Below, piece after piece: positions 51,241-63,198 of a DNA stretch of 64,000 nt. Position numbers and translations under genes: made by a program. Every line of letters starts with the position of its first letter. Position 1 is the first letter of the stretch. The stretch is from Camelus dromedarius (taxonomy: Eukaryota), in the NCBI RefSeq assembly GCF_036321535.1, contig NC_087472.1, forward strand, positions 94,304,001-94,368,000, given 5' to 3'. The notes beneath the pieces are model-generated. The model ran no database searches, had not been told where the DNA came from, and saw only the letters and a list, made by a program, of their open reading frames with translations.

Positions 51241-52559
51241 ATGATCACATAAGTAAAGTTAAAGCAGAGATCTGTTTTTGTTTTAAATTACAGCATCAAA
51301 TGTTACATTTGTGTCTTCCATCAAAATGTCATCAGTATACCATGATTACAAAATTTCAGTCTTCTCTCCTTTATTTTCATGTGTAAACAGTGAATACTGC
51401 CTTAGCTGAAAATACTCATAAATAAGCCCAAAGAGTAGGCTCTGCTTTTAATTCTTAAGTGAGATTCTGTTGACTAAGGAAGGAGATTAAAAAAATACTT
51501 TCTTTCACATGAAAAGTGCTGTGGAATCTTTAACATTTAAACTGCCCGCTCTACTTCTAAACTGAAAAAAAAAAAAAAATTCCTTTTTGGCAAAGGTACC
51601 TAGGAGTTAGGCCACCAATAAGAAAAAAAGTGCTTTTACCCAGGCTTTTATCCTCTGTACCATATTATTTTTGAAGCATCAATGATGATTTTTATCCCAG
51701 GTTTAAACATTAAAATAAATATTTATTTCCAGTGCATATTTGAATAAATGTAGTCTCTCCATGAGTATTACTCCTTAAAAGTTATTCCAGAGATTTAGAT
51801 CTTCATTGTATTTTTTTAGGTCACCTTAAGTAAATTTGTCAAACATCAACTTTTATGGGTTTAAGTTATAATATCATTTACCTAGGTAGGTAAAAGTCAT
51901 CTTAATGTTGATAACTAGCCAATGTAAGCTACAAAGTAGAAGAGAATCTTTGAGAAGATTGTGGTAACCCAGAAGAGAATAATAGAAAATAAAATGTGGA
52001 AAGAAAGGTTCAGCTAGAGACTTTAGTCTATTTACTGCTAAAATAATCTCTATAGTAATAAGTTATAACTGTAGTGGACTTGTCTTTTTGTCTTTAAGCA
52101 TGTCTGCCTTTCTTAAATGACCCCATAGTTATGCCATAGTAATCTTGCTTAGCCCAGGGGTTTCAAAGCAGGGCTCATCCTCCCCCACCATCACCAAAAG
52201 GAATCCCTTAATGTTCCCCAAAGTGGTCCTTCTCCCTGGCCTCAAGGATTTGCCAAATGACAGTCCTTCTGAGACTGTTGACATAACTACAGGGAATGAT
52301 CTTTCTTTTTCCTCTGCAACTACACATTGTAAATATCAGTATTTTCTTATCACGTCAAGACCCGATATGAGAATAAAGCAATACGAAAACAGATCTAAGG
52401 GATGGAAGAAAGTACCAATGACATTTTTGAACATTTATATCTAGCCAGGCCCAATGAAGCGCTATCAGTGGGCTTTCAATTATGTAGGCCAATTCATTCC
52501 ACTTATAATTTAGTTTATGTTTTTATGAACTTAAACTGAAAATCCTACACAGTACACTG

Positions 52560-52900
52560 ATGTTTTTTGAACACGTGCTTTGTGCTAGAAACTGTTAAAT
52601 GCTTTAAATATATGATCTAGGAGGGAGGGTATAGCTCAGTGGTAGAACCCATGCTTAGCATGCATGAGGTCCTGGGTTCAATCCCCAGTACCTCCATTTA
52701 AAAAATAAATAGACAAATAAACATAGTAACTCTATGACAGACATCCTATAATTGATTCCTCCAAGGTTATAAATAACCTTATAATTAAAGATAAAAGCAT
52801 TTAAGTAACATGTCCAAACTCCTGATTTTACAGATGGAGAAACAGAGGCCCAACGCAGTTAACCAAAAGTTACAAAAGTAACCTTATCAAGGTCAAGGCA
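52560..52900 (-). mobile_element. MIR fragments flanking the SINE
   Basis: 'ttgaacacgtgctttgtgctag...tgcttta' and 'attttacagatggagaaacagaggccc'. Confidence 0.6.
52620..52730 (+). mobile_element. tRNA-Ala-derived SINE, vic-1-like (camelid)
   Basis: gggagggtatagctcagtggtagaacccatgcttagcatgcatgaggtcctgggttcaatccccagtacctcca plus an A-rich tail. Confidence 0.92.
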
Positions 52901-54049
52901 GTTATGCTACATCTATCAGCACAAAAATCAATGTGAGAAAATGAATAATTGCCTGGAAGTCTAAACAATCAAATTGATTTAGCTAAAAAACATTAGTTCA
53001 TTGACTGAATTCTACTTTTCATTTCCAAGACAGTTTGTAAAAAGAATGTGTTCCTTTTGTATGTATATGTGTATATGGATGAGTATGTGTATTTTTTCTT
53101 ATTTTCTGCAACACCAAACTAATTCCATGAATAGATAACACTTGGTAATTTAACTATGTATTGATCTATCAACAAAGCTTTTATTAACTTTATAAAACAC
53201 TGAACTACATTTGTGGATATATGAAGACTCAAAATAAATTGGCCACGAATATTTTATAAGCCTGCAGAAGATATATTTTTGTTTATATTTATCTTATTTC
53301 CTTTCCCCATACTGTGAAAATATACTGAACGTCCTTAATTAGTAGTCTTTCCTCAAAACAGGTCTGAAATAGCCTATCACCAAAGTGTATTCATAATCAA
53401 TCTATTAAGTCCCAAATTCTAACTCTAGAAGTTACCATTCATAAGAGAAAGATTAAAGAACTAGTAAGTCTGTAGGGGAGCAGAATATTGAAACCAAAGT
53501 CTTTGGTTCCAGGATGCATTTCTAAAACATTAATTGTCAGTACACTTAGAATTCTAGTAGTGATGGACAGCTTGCGGTGATGTGCTCTTCTCCTTGTATG
53601 GCTTGTAATCAGTGTAATGGATACTGGCACCCTGGCATATATATAAAACTTTCTCTTAATTCTAATTTTAAATATATGTGTTAAACGAATTTGCAAAGAA
53701 AAATCTACTCCCATATGCTCATTTATTATTTTGTAAGTAATAAAATCAAACTACATAAAGAATAGAAGAAATGTAATGCTTGTCCTGTTTTAGAAATACA
53801 CATTTAGCACCTAATTCCCATGAATTTATGATTGTTGAAAGTGTTGTATGGAAACTAAATGTAAATTTTGGAGGTAGTTGAAATTTTAATAACCATTTCC
53901 AGCACTCTTCTCATTGAAAGTTACTCAAATATTTCAAAAATTTTTTATTTGGTAGAAATTGGTATTAAGGAGGACAAACTTTTGCCTGTCCTCTCTTCCA
54001 CTCTAGTTAGTCCAGTTGTTCTTAATTTAACATCCTCAGTTTACTAAAG

Positions 54050-54600
54050 TAAAAACAGTTTCACCAGTCATTATCCGTAAGCTGTGTATGTGTGTCTTAG
54101 GTTTTAGCTACGGCTGCCCTGAAATTAGAACTAAAGATGGAAAGCACATGGCTATGAGCTCATCGCACCATAATGAGATGGGTTTCAGAGATTGGAAAGT
54201 GCTTCACTTCCACAATATGCAAATTGTGTACAATGCCAGATGCAGAAGCGCTGATCCAGTTGCCAAGTTCTATGGAGGGCATAGTGATTCATTCACAAAT
54301 TGTTACAAATTTAGACCCTCAAGAACTAGCAGCCTGTGTAGGGCTGCCTACATGCGTGGTTACGGTGGACTATTGTATGACATTCTGGCACCTGGAAGGC
54401 GATCTCAACCTTAAATTCTGCCAACATCTCCCGTGATGTCAGACTCAGTTAACCCTAGGACCTAACTCAGTATTTTTATGTGCCTCTGGCTCTTGGATCT
54501 ACCTGATCATGACAGAAAGAAACTGTTCAATTCAAAGAAAAGAATTGACCTCAGCGTAAATTAGCACCTGTTAACACCTCTTTCCACATTGAGATTTATA
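54050..54600. promoter_or_regulatory. Candidate enhancer-like unique element
   Basis: Repeat-free with several CpGs; octamer ATGCAAAT (54217-54224) flanked by SOX-type ACAAT/ATTGT motifs. Confidence 0.35.
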
Positions 54601-54721
54601 GATTTCTCCTTTGAAACAAATTATTTTCTGTCTCCATAAATACCCCTGTATGTATGAAATAACCAACCTTATATTCTACATGACATTTGATTCTAGATAT
54701 TTCACCATCTTAGAATATATT

Positions 54722-54830
54722 CTTTTATTCAACAAATATTATTTGATGACTTACCAGGAGGCAGGAACAAAGTTAGATATTAATAACAATAAAACAAGTT
54801 AGAGTATGCATTAACTCTAAGTCTAGTGGA
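54722..54830 (-). mobile_element. L2 3' end
   Basis: 'ttattcaacaaatatt..ttga..acttacca...gcagg'. Confidence 0.55.
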
Positions 54831-55286
54831 AATATAAATAAGTCATACATTCTTTGCTGTGTGTGGCCAAAATTCTTTACTTCTTAAAATATTCATTTTG
54901 TGTTTTGGTAGTGTTTGAGAGTGGAACAAAAACTTGATACCGAAAAAAAAAATCCTGGCCAGTTGTTGAGATATTATTTATCCTTCAAAATAAGAGTGTA
55001 AGGAGACTTTTACAAAAGAGTAAGTTGGTTTGTTCACTCAATCAGTTTTCTGCAGGTTTATCCCTGAGGTCTAATGTTTTGGACTAATGACTCTTTTTTC
55101 CAAGATATCAATCTTTTGAAAGAATGAAATACTGAGAGAGTAAAGGCTAGCAGATCTTTGAAAAATTGACTTTCTTTAGAGAAAGAAACTATTTTTTTCT
55201 CCGTGTGTAGAACGATATAGATGCATGTAGTCTTTATGTGTGATTCAATGCGAAAATACACATTCAACGCTCTAAACAGTTGATAG

Positions 55287-55461
55287 CAAGGTCAGCAAAT
55301 CTTGGCCTATGGGACAAATCAGGCCCACTACCTTTCTTTGTAAGTAAAGTTTTTTTTTGTTTTTTGTTTTTTTTTTTTTTTTTTGGAACACAGCCATATG
55401 GCCTGCAAAGTCTAAAATATTTACTATCTGGACATTTACAGAAAAAGTTTACAGATGACTG
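55287..55461 (+). mobile_element. MER58A-like MITE, internally deleted, with poly-T expansion
   Basis: 'gtcagcaaa...caaatcaggccc...ttggaacacagcca|tatggcctgcaaagtctaaaatatttactatctgg...gaaaaagttt'. Confidence 0.85.
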
Positions 55462-55739
55462 GTTTATAGTTTTGCATTATATTCCTGTAGAAATGACTGT
55501 TTCCTTCAAAAATCAACCCTTGTTTGCAAAGTATTGCCCAAATAGAAAGTGCTAGATAATAATGCTTAGGCAGGTTAATTTATATCACATTTCACACAAA
55601 AATGCAAAATATTAAATAGAATCAAAATAATCCTTTTGTATGGAAGCCAGCCTATATAATCTATTTAACAGAGAAGTTAAAAGAAACACAAGGACTGCCC
55701 AATAATATTTTCTACAAAAATTACTAAATTTGGCACTCT

Positions 55740-56710
55740 GTTTCCCATGTGGATAAGGATGCAGTGAGGAAAGCAGAAATCAGGCTAAGTAGTTTATTAC
55801 CAGGTATTTAATATAGGGAACTAGTTGTAAGACCTTAGAAGAACTAAAACTAAGGATGGTGAGCCAAATCAGATTACCAACTGTATGAGGCCACTACCAT
55901 CTGTAAGGCTGAAAGAGTAAAAGGTACCAGTGGACATCGGTGGTGAGGAGCTAGAGTTTCCAAGTAGAAGCTGGAATCACAGCAGGTGTCACCCACTGGG
56001 AACTAGGACCATGGCGGGTAGTGGACTAGTTTCCTTGGGCTGTCATAACAACTTACTATAAACTGTGTGGCTTAAACAACAGAAATTCATTCTATTATAG
56101 TTCAGGGGCCCTGAAGTCCAAAATCAAGGTGTGAGCAGGGCCATGCTCTTTCGAAGCCTCAAGGGAAGGATTCTCCTTGCCTCTCCCTAGCTTCTGGTGG
56201 TTGCTGGCAGTCCTTGGCATTCTTTGTCTTGTTTCCACATCACGACAATTTCTGCTTCCATTTTCACACTGCCGTCTTCTCTCCGTGTGTCTAGCTCCTC
56301 TGTGTCTTTGTGTTCAAATTTCTTTCTTCTTATGAAGACACCAGTCATTGGATTTAGGGTCAACCCTAATCTAGTATAACCTCATCTTAAATCAATTACA
56401 TCTGAAAAGACCCTGTATCCAGATAAGGTTACATTCCCAGGTTCCAGGTGGGCATGAATTGGAGTGGGTGGGGACACTGTTCAACTCAGTAGAGGTGAAA
56501 GGTGGGTCTGCTCAGGAGATTGTTGGAGACACCACCTAAAGCATTCTCCATCCAGTGCCTTCCATTTGCTAAACCTAACAAGAAGCCAACTGGCAATGGA
56601 GACAGAAATGTGGTTTGCAGAGGCCATGTCTTTGAAACATGAAGGAAATCAGGGGCTGGCTAGGTATAGGTCTGAGAAACAAGCAAGCAAACAAACGGAA
56701 AACAACCTAC
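55740..56710 (-). mobile_element. Old MaLR/ERVL LTR split by MLT1C
   Basis: 'tttaatatagggaactagtt' and 'ccagtgccttccatttgctaaacctaac.agaagcca.ctggcaa.ggag'. Confidence 0.55.
56022..56493 (-). mobile_element. MaLR LTR, MLT1C-like
   Basis: 'gtggcttaaacaacagaaatt...gaagtccaaaatcaaggtg...cttctggtggttgctggca.tccttggc...acaccagtcattggatttaggg...ggggacactgttcaac'. Confidence 0.92.
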
Positions 56711-56845
56711 TCTTTGTTAAAATTCCTCAGCACTTCCTAATCTTTTAGATCTACACTAAAACAAATTATGGATGAAGTTATATGATGTTTGGGGTTCACT
56801 TAACAATAATACAGAAAAGGGACAGGGTGAGTTAAGATCTAGAGC

Positions 56846-57087
56846 AAGAAATTTCAATAGTAGCAACACAGACGTTTTGGACTGGGTAATTCTTTGTCAT
56901 GGGAAGCTGGGGGTGATGGGGTGGGTGAGAGGGGATGTGCGTTGTAGAATACTTACCAGCATCTCTGGCCTCTACCCACTAGATAACAGTAGCACCTCCT
57001 TCCACCAGTTTTGACAACCAAAAATGTCTCTAAACATAGACAAATGTCCACTTGGGGGCAAAATTGACCATTTTTGAAGATGACTAG
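56846..57087 (-). mobile_element. MER20 hAT MITE within an L1ME 3'-end fragment (~56760-57205)
   Basis: 'cagcatctctggcctctacccactagat..cagtagcacc...tgacaaccaaaaatgtctc.a.acat...caaatgtcc'. Confidence 0.88.
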
Positions 57088-57709
57088 TTTAGGTGAAATA
57101 AGATCTACTTCTAGTTAATAATTGTTAGAGCTGAAAGATGGGCACATGGTGGTTTGTTACACTTTTCTCTCTACTTTGGTATACTTTTAATATTTCCATA
57201 GCAAAGCTGAACAACACAGAATAAACTACCTTAGAGAGTGTTCTGCTTCTGCTAGATTTAGTATTTGAATTAAGGCTCATACTAAAGGTCACAAAAGTCA
57301 ATACTTGAGTCAATTAGTAATGATGCTAATGAATTCTGAAGGTCAACTTCTCTTTGTGCAGAGGGAAATTGAGCAATTTTACATGCTCAATATCTTCATC
57401 ATCAATATTCATGTATTAAGTATATAAATATATACAATACCCAATTAGAGATTTATTTTTTAAACATATTTATACATATACAATCCAAGTCCTGAAAATC
57501 TTCAAATGCAGATAGGTCCTTTGCACATAAATTGGCTTGACGTTGCATTTGCAATGCAAATAGACAATCACATCATATCACACAACATCCTAACTGCATC
57601 CTAAAGTGAACCAGAAGTGAGTCTGATGAGTTTGAATTCCAGTTCTGATATTATCTAGATTCCTATTGTGGACATATGATCTCTGTAGACCTCAGTCTCC
57701 TGAAGACCG

Positions 57710-58015
57710 AAGAATTCTATATGCTACTACTGTCATGACCTTTCTAAAATATATCCCATAATCATTTCCTCCTTATACCTTTGAGGATAAAATGCAAAAT
57801 CCGTAGCATGGTAATCAACATTCCTTAAAATTCCTAGTCTTTGCTTATCTCTGATCTTATGACCTAAGTTATGTTGTGGCATTTCTGACACCTCTGTGCT
57901 CCATTCATGATAAACTACCTACAGGTCTGTGTTTATGTCATGATTTCTGATTTCACTATTTTTATCCACATTCCCTAGATCAACACAGTTCTTATCATTT
58001 CACTTTTTTATATTA
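57710..58015 (+). mobile_element. L2 fragment
   Basis: 'gacctttctaaaat...aggataaaatgcaaaatccgtagcatgg...ctgtgctcca...aactacct'. Confidence 0.55.
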
Positions 58016-58019
58016 CTGG

Positions 58020-58583
58020 TATCAGGGCAGAAGAAATTTTCCTCTGTCCTCTAGGTTCTTCTGGCTGGTCTAAGAATTTAATTGACACAAGACATATTTA
58101 ATAGGATAAAACCAAAGGTTAATAACATGTAGACATGGGAGAGACCCAAGAAGACTAGTAACTCACCAAAATGGCCAAAACCCTTACCTTAAATACCACC
58201 TTCAGCTAAAGACCAAAGAGGATGTTGAGGGTAGTGATTTGGGACTTCAAAGAGGAGGAAAACAATTCACATGGAGATGAAGAAGCAGATGTTTGGTAAA
58301 CAAAGTTGGGGGAGGGGCGTCACACAGAGACAATGGGACACAGAGTGGGCTGTGATCTCTAGGCCTTGCCAAGTTTCCCCCACCACACTTAGCCCATAAT
58401 CTTGTAGCTATCTCTGATGATAGCTCTATTTCAGGAATAGGGCCTTTATCTAAATTCTTTTAGGCAATTAAAGAGGAGGTAACAAGAAAAACTTCCTGAG
58501 TCTTCTGTTTCTTAAAAATAATCAGCCTAAAATAATCCTCATGCTAGAGATGCATTTGGGGTAGCAAATTTTGTGTCTCTTTA
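58020..58583 (-). mobile_element. ERV1 solo LTR, MER34/MER39-like
   Basis: Homologous to the 13466, 16230 and 17947 LTRs. Termini decayed (TA...TA); TSD ctgg/ctga. Confidence 0.88.
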
Positions 58584-60937
58584 CTGACCTGACCAGGCTT
58601 TGACCCTCTGTAAGACACAAGACATTCATCTAAATAGCAAACAAATGGCTGAAATTTGTGACATACCTTATTATAGAGCATTGCTAATACGTATTTGACT
58701 ATGTAACTATGCAACCTATCTTTTTTTCTGTGGCAATTTTTAGTAATGATGGTTTAAAAGCCTCAAATTTCTAGCTTCTCTTCATTTTGTAGTTTTTTAC
58801 AACTCCCTTTCCCTACACTTACTGCTTTTCCACAAAATACTTCTATTGGTAACCTCTCTTTTTAATGACTTCCTCTTTGGGGTTCACCTTTATTGCTCAT
58901 GAACTTCCGTCAATGACTATGAGATGAGATCCAGGAACCTGGCTCTGTGCCGTTCTACTCCACTTCCCTATAAAAAAAATTGCTAGAACCAAGGGATTAT
59001 GGACAAGACAACTTTCAGCTTTTTTATTCTTCAGATAAGCTTAGAATTTGCCTTCACCTACTTTAGAGGTGTGTGCAACAAATTCCCATCGCAAACTCAG
59101 AATAATGCCCCCCCCCCCCAAAAAAAAACCCCAACAGATCTTCTGTTTACTTCAGCCAGAGAGGAAATGGTTAAGTTTTAGAAACATAGGCAACACTATT
59201 TAGAAGCTTAGCGCAGATTTTGGCTTCAGCCCACAATCAGATTGGCATATTATTATTTGGAAACAATAGTTGAGCAACCTGATAATTTCCATGAAATCCT
59301 TCTTCCATATGTTGGAAACATTATTGAGTAGTGAGTGATGTTTGAGTCAGCTGAGTATCACAAAATATTGGGTATCAGTAAGGCGTCAGTTCATCTGGAA
59401 AATTACATTCCAGATTTGAAACGTTCATTATTCCCAATTTCCTGCCTGATGAAAATCAGCATCATTCTAGGTATAGAAAAAAAGGATAATCCAGCAAGAT
59501 CTCTACTTCTTATGTCAATTTGCATTGTTTTAATTTTCATAAATTAGGTAATTATTACACATTACACATATACCGTAATGTAGGGGACATTTACAAAATG
59601 GTGTAATAAGACTCTACAGTTGTTGCATAAACATAGAACTCATTCCCAGTCTCTCTGCACGCCTAAGAGGACAAAGCAAACCCTTTGAAAATGAATGTGC
59701 ATATATTATCTTTCAGTAAATATTTTTATGTCTTTGTGCATTCTTTTGTAGAATTTATCTAAAATGTAAAAATTTCCATTAAGGCTTGGTCTATAAATGT
59801 TTAATATATTTATCTAATTTGGAGAAATAACTTAAGTCACACTTGATAAGCGCAAATCATCTCTCTTACCTACTTGGGTTTATTAAATATTTTAAATTAC
59901 AAGGATGTCAAGTGATAATTGTGTTAGAAAAGTATCTTCTCTCAGTTTCCTCTCTCACTTACATTCTAATGTCAGAACTTAACAATCCTTTTACTGTGAA
60001 ACCCACGAAAAAACTCACTTTTTATAAATTGTTTAAATTATAATTTCTTAACATATTTCATTACTTAATTTTGCTCCTTAGTAGCAGTGTGCTTCACCAC
60101 AAAGCAAACAAGAGATTCACTCCTAAACTGGGAGCCAAAGTGTTAGGAAGGAACGAAAGCCTTCCTGGTAAAGGAATTTTCAAGCAGCAGATCATTTACT
60201 GTCAAACTCTAAATAATACTACATTAAGAATGCGTCTAAGGGTATCTTAAAACAAATTGTCCCCATTTCGGAGTTCACAATTAAAAGGGAAGGAGGACTT
60301 CCAAACATCCTTCATTCCGGTAACAGGAGTGTGTCTGGAGTTGCAACCCTGGCAGAGATAGGTTGCTGCATGTTAACAAAGTACGCCCCCAGTTGCATAC
60401 CTGGGATGGTGAGCATGGCTGGCATGGTGAGTCACTCAACCCTCGAGGACATTTTTGCAAATAGATGCAAAACGTCAAGACCTTTCTCAAAAATTAAATC
60501 AGCAAGCTTCCTAGTTATCCTCCTGACTTAAGTAGAAGGAGTAAATTCCTATTCCCTGAAGCGCCTTGTAAAAGCAGAGCTGCCTGAGCTCCTTTCAGAA
60601 ACGCCTTTAGCATGAATGGGGGCTGGAAAGAAATAGCCTTTTCAGAATATAAGGCAGGAAAAATTTTCTCTTTCCATAAACCTATATGTAATCCTTTTAT
60701 AAAAAATAATTATTCTGTAGGATCGATGTGTAGGCGTTTTACTAGTGATCTCTAAGCAAGGTCAGAATTTTAAGAAATAATTTCCTTCACTTACAATGTT
60801 TTTTTTTATAAAGATACATGAATCTTTGTTTCCATGGACATCTATTTCAGATACTACTACAGTGTATCTTCAGCTTTCTGTATCTGTTTTAAATATGCCT
60901 TTGCTCAGTGACTTTAAATACAAGCTTTCAGTACCCT

Positions 60938-61153
60938 CAGCAGCTCTTTCAAATAGTACTTGGAGCTGTGATGAAAATGTTGTCTGTCTGCATTGTCCAG
61001 TATGGTAGCCTCTGGCCACATTTGACTATTGAGCCCTTGAAATGTGGCTGGTGAGACCGAGGAACTGAATGTTTAATTTTGAGATGGTAATTAACTTGAA
61101 TTGAAATAGCCATGTGTGGCTAGTAGCTCCCCTACTGCAGCTGGGCAGCACAG
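60938..61153. mobile_element. MER3 hAT MITE
   Basis: 'gtccagtatggtagcc.ctggccacat.tgactattgagc.cttgaaatgtggct.gtg.gac.gaggaactgaat...aaatagcca.gtgtggctagt'. Confidence 0.88.
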
Positions 61154-61159
61154 CCTTAG

Positions 61160-62022
61160 AACGGCTCTTTCCAGCTTTACCCTGCACAAGGCGATCTTGG
61201 CCAAAGGAAAATTCAGATGCAGTATGTCTGAGATGAGACCTGAGAGTCAGCATTTCTAGCAAACTCCAGGGTGATGCTGATGCTGCTTCTCCGCAGCCCC
61301 ACTTCCAGTAGCAAGGCTTGAGAAGAACAATTCTCGAACTTTGATGCATTTTAAATAATAGCCTGGGGATCATGAAAAGCCCCTTCACCCAGGCTGATTG
61401 CAATACCAAACAAATAAGGAATTCTCTTGGTGAGACACAGGCATCGGTATTTGCTTTTCAATCTCTCTAGGTGGTTCCACTGTCTGGCGAAGTTTGAGAA
61501 CAAGTGCTTTGTAACAGTACTTACTATACTTAAAAGTGCACTGGAATCACCTAGAGATCTTGTTTAAATACAGATTCTGAGTCAGGGTGGAGACTGAAAT
61601 TTTTACATTTCTAGTAAGCTTCCAGACACTTCTAAGGTTTCTGGTCTGCTCTAGACATTGCTGTTCGATTTGTCACGGACCAGCATAATTAGCATTACCT
61701 GGGAGCATTTTAGAAATGCAGAATCTTGGGCTCTGCCCTAGAATTGGCGAATCAGGATCTGTTTTTGAATAGCATTCACAGGCAATTTGCACGTACATTA
61801 TAGTTTAAGGGGCAATATCCTGAAATCCTTATCCATTTTTCTTAATATTGAATTTGAAATGTATTGGGGGTAATTCTTCAGTTTAGAATTCAAGGTCAAA
61901 ATATGATCCCAGGTCCAGCAGCATCTGCATCACTGACAACTTATCTGCGGATAGGGCCCAGCAGTCTGTGTCTTACTGAACCCTTTGGGTGAAGCTCATG
62001 CTCAGTTTTGAGAAATACTGCT
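61160..62022. mobile_element. Cluster of ~5 MER5A/MER5B-like hAT MITEs
   Basis: Repeated 'gcatttct', 'gaatcacct...cttgttaaa.acagatt', 'gcatcacctggga.c.t.ttagaaatgcagaatct' and 'agtttgagaa' motifs. Confidence 0.75.
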
Positions 62023-62119
62023 CTGACTTTTGTTGGGTTCAGAATTCTGAAGAAATAAGCCTTACTAATATTTTTGTATAGTTCTTATAATGTTGACAAG
62101 ACACCCATCCAGTACTTTA

Positions 62120-62830
62120 TACATACGGTATGGTGTATCATGTAAGAAGGGACCATGTATCCCAAGGAACAGTACTCTTGCATAGATGCTCAATTAATAT
62201 TTGTTGAATAAATGGTTGAATGGTTATTTATGAATACAGTACATAACATACAGAATTTTTAGAATCTTCCAGGATGATCTTTTAAAATGCAAATATGGTC
62301 ATTTTATTTCCTTTAATGCCTTACCATTTCTGTAAGGATGAACCTAAAACTCCTATTGATCTGTAGGATCTGGTCACATCCTATGCCACTGTCCACTGTC
62401 ACCATTCTGAGAATCCCCCATCTACCATGCAGCTCTTTATAATACACTTATTCTCGCCTTCCATCACTTTGGTCTTTGAAACATAAAACTTCCCACCTCA
62501 GGACCTTTGCACGTGTTCTTCCTAAGGAGATTGTTCTTTGCATATCTGCCCCATTACCTAGTTAATTTATTCTCACCCTTTGGATAACATGCCCCGTATC
62601 CCTTTGAAGGGAATTCTCATCTGAATAAGTGAAGTCCAACTCTCATATTTTCTTATAACTCTTTGTATTTTCCTTTAATTCATACATATTAGGATGTATC
62701 CATTTACTTGTTTGTTTAAAGTCTATCTCTGATTCCATATTGTAATTTTCTAAAAGTCAGAGTTGAGATATGAATTATTCCTCCAGTTGTACTGTGTATT
62801 TGTTGAATGAATAAAGTAATTCATTCATAT
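62120..62830 (+). mobile_element. L2 fragments (two 3' ends)
   Basis: 'gatgctcaattaatatttgttgaataaat', 'cccacctcaggacctttgcacgtg', 'tatttgttgaatgaataa'. Confidence 0.75.
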
Positions 62831-63198
62831 TGGAGTGATCTTTCAACTGTAGTGTCTCATCTTTTTTTGCTCCATTGTGCACCCATGTTACAAATTAGAC
62901 AATTGAATTACTGAACTTTACCAAGAAATATTCAGCTAGGAATACTCAGAGTTCACCTAATATATTTTCTTTATATAAATTAGAAACTCCTGACCCATAA
63001 TTTTCCAAAAGAGAGACCATAGTCCTATTGGAATTATTTTCTTTGGTATCTTTTAAAGTTAATTTTTAGATTTTTCCAGATTTTTATTTTTTCCAAAGCA
63101 GATAGATTTATAACTAATTTACTGCCTGTCCCAGCCTTTTAGTAGATCAGTAAGAATTTAAGTTAATGTGTTTTTTTTTCCCCATATATTTACTCCCT

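Noticed and set aside
52620..52696. Near-complete tRNA-Ala(AGC) cloverleaf
   Set aside because: Perfect anticodon and T stems, but mismatched acceptor and D stems, an A-rich SINE tail and two diverged sister copies with TSDs show it is a SINE, not a tRNA gene.
52763..52780. Inverted repeat aaggttat-aa-ataacctt
   Set aside because: Short AT-rich hairpin among MIR/SINE debris; no supporting context.
54088..54436. Two overlapping ORFs (108 and 87 aa) in unique sequence
   Set aside because: No recognisable domain and no convincing splice pair; more plausibly non-coding.
13466..58583. MER34/39-like LTRs as paired ends of one provirus
   Set aside because: Each has its own distinct TSD (gtat, atat, gcct, ctgg/ctga) and they are well diverged, so they are independent solo LTRs.
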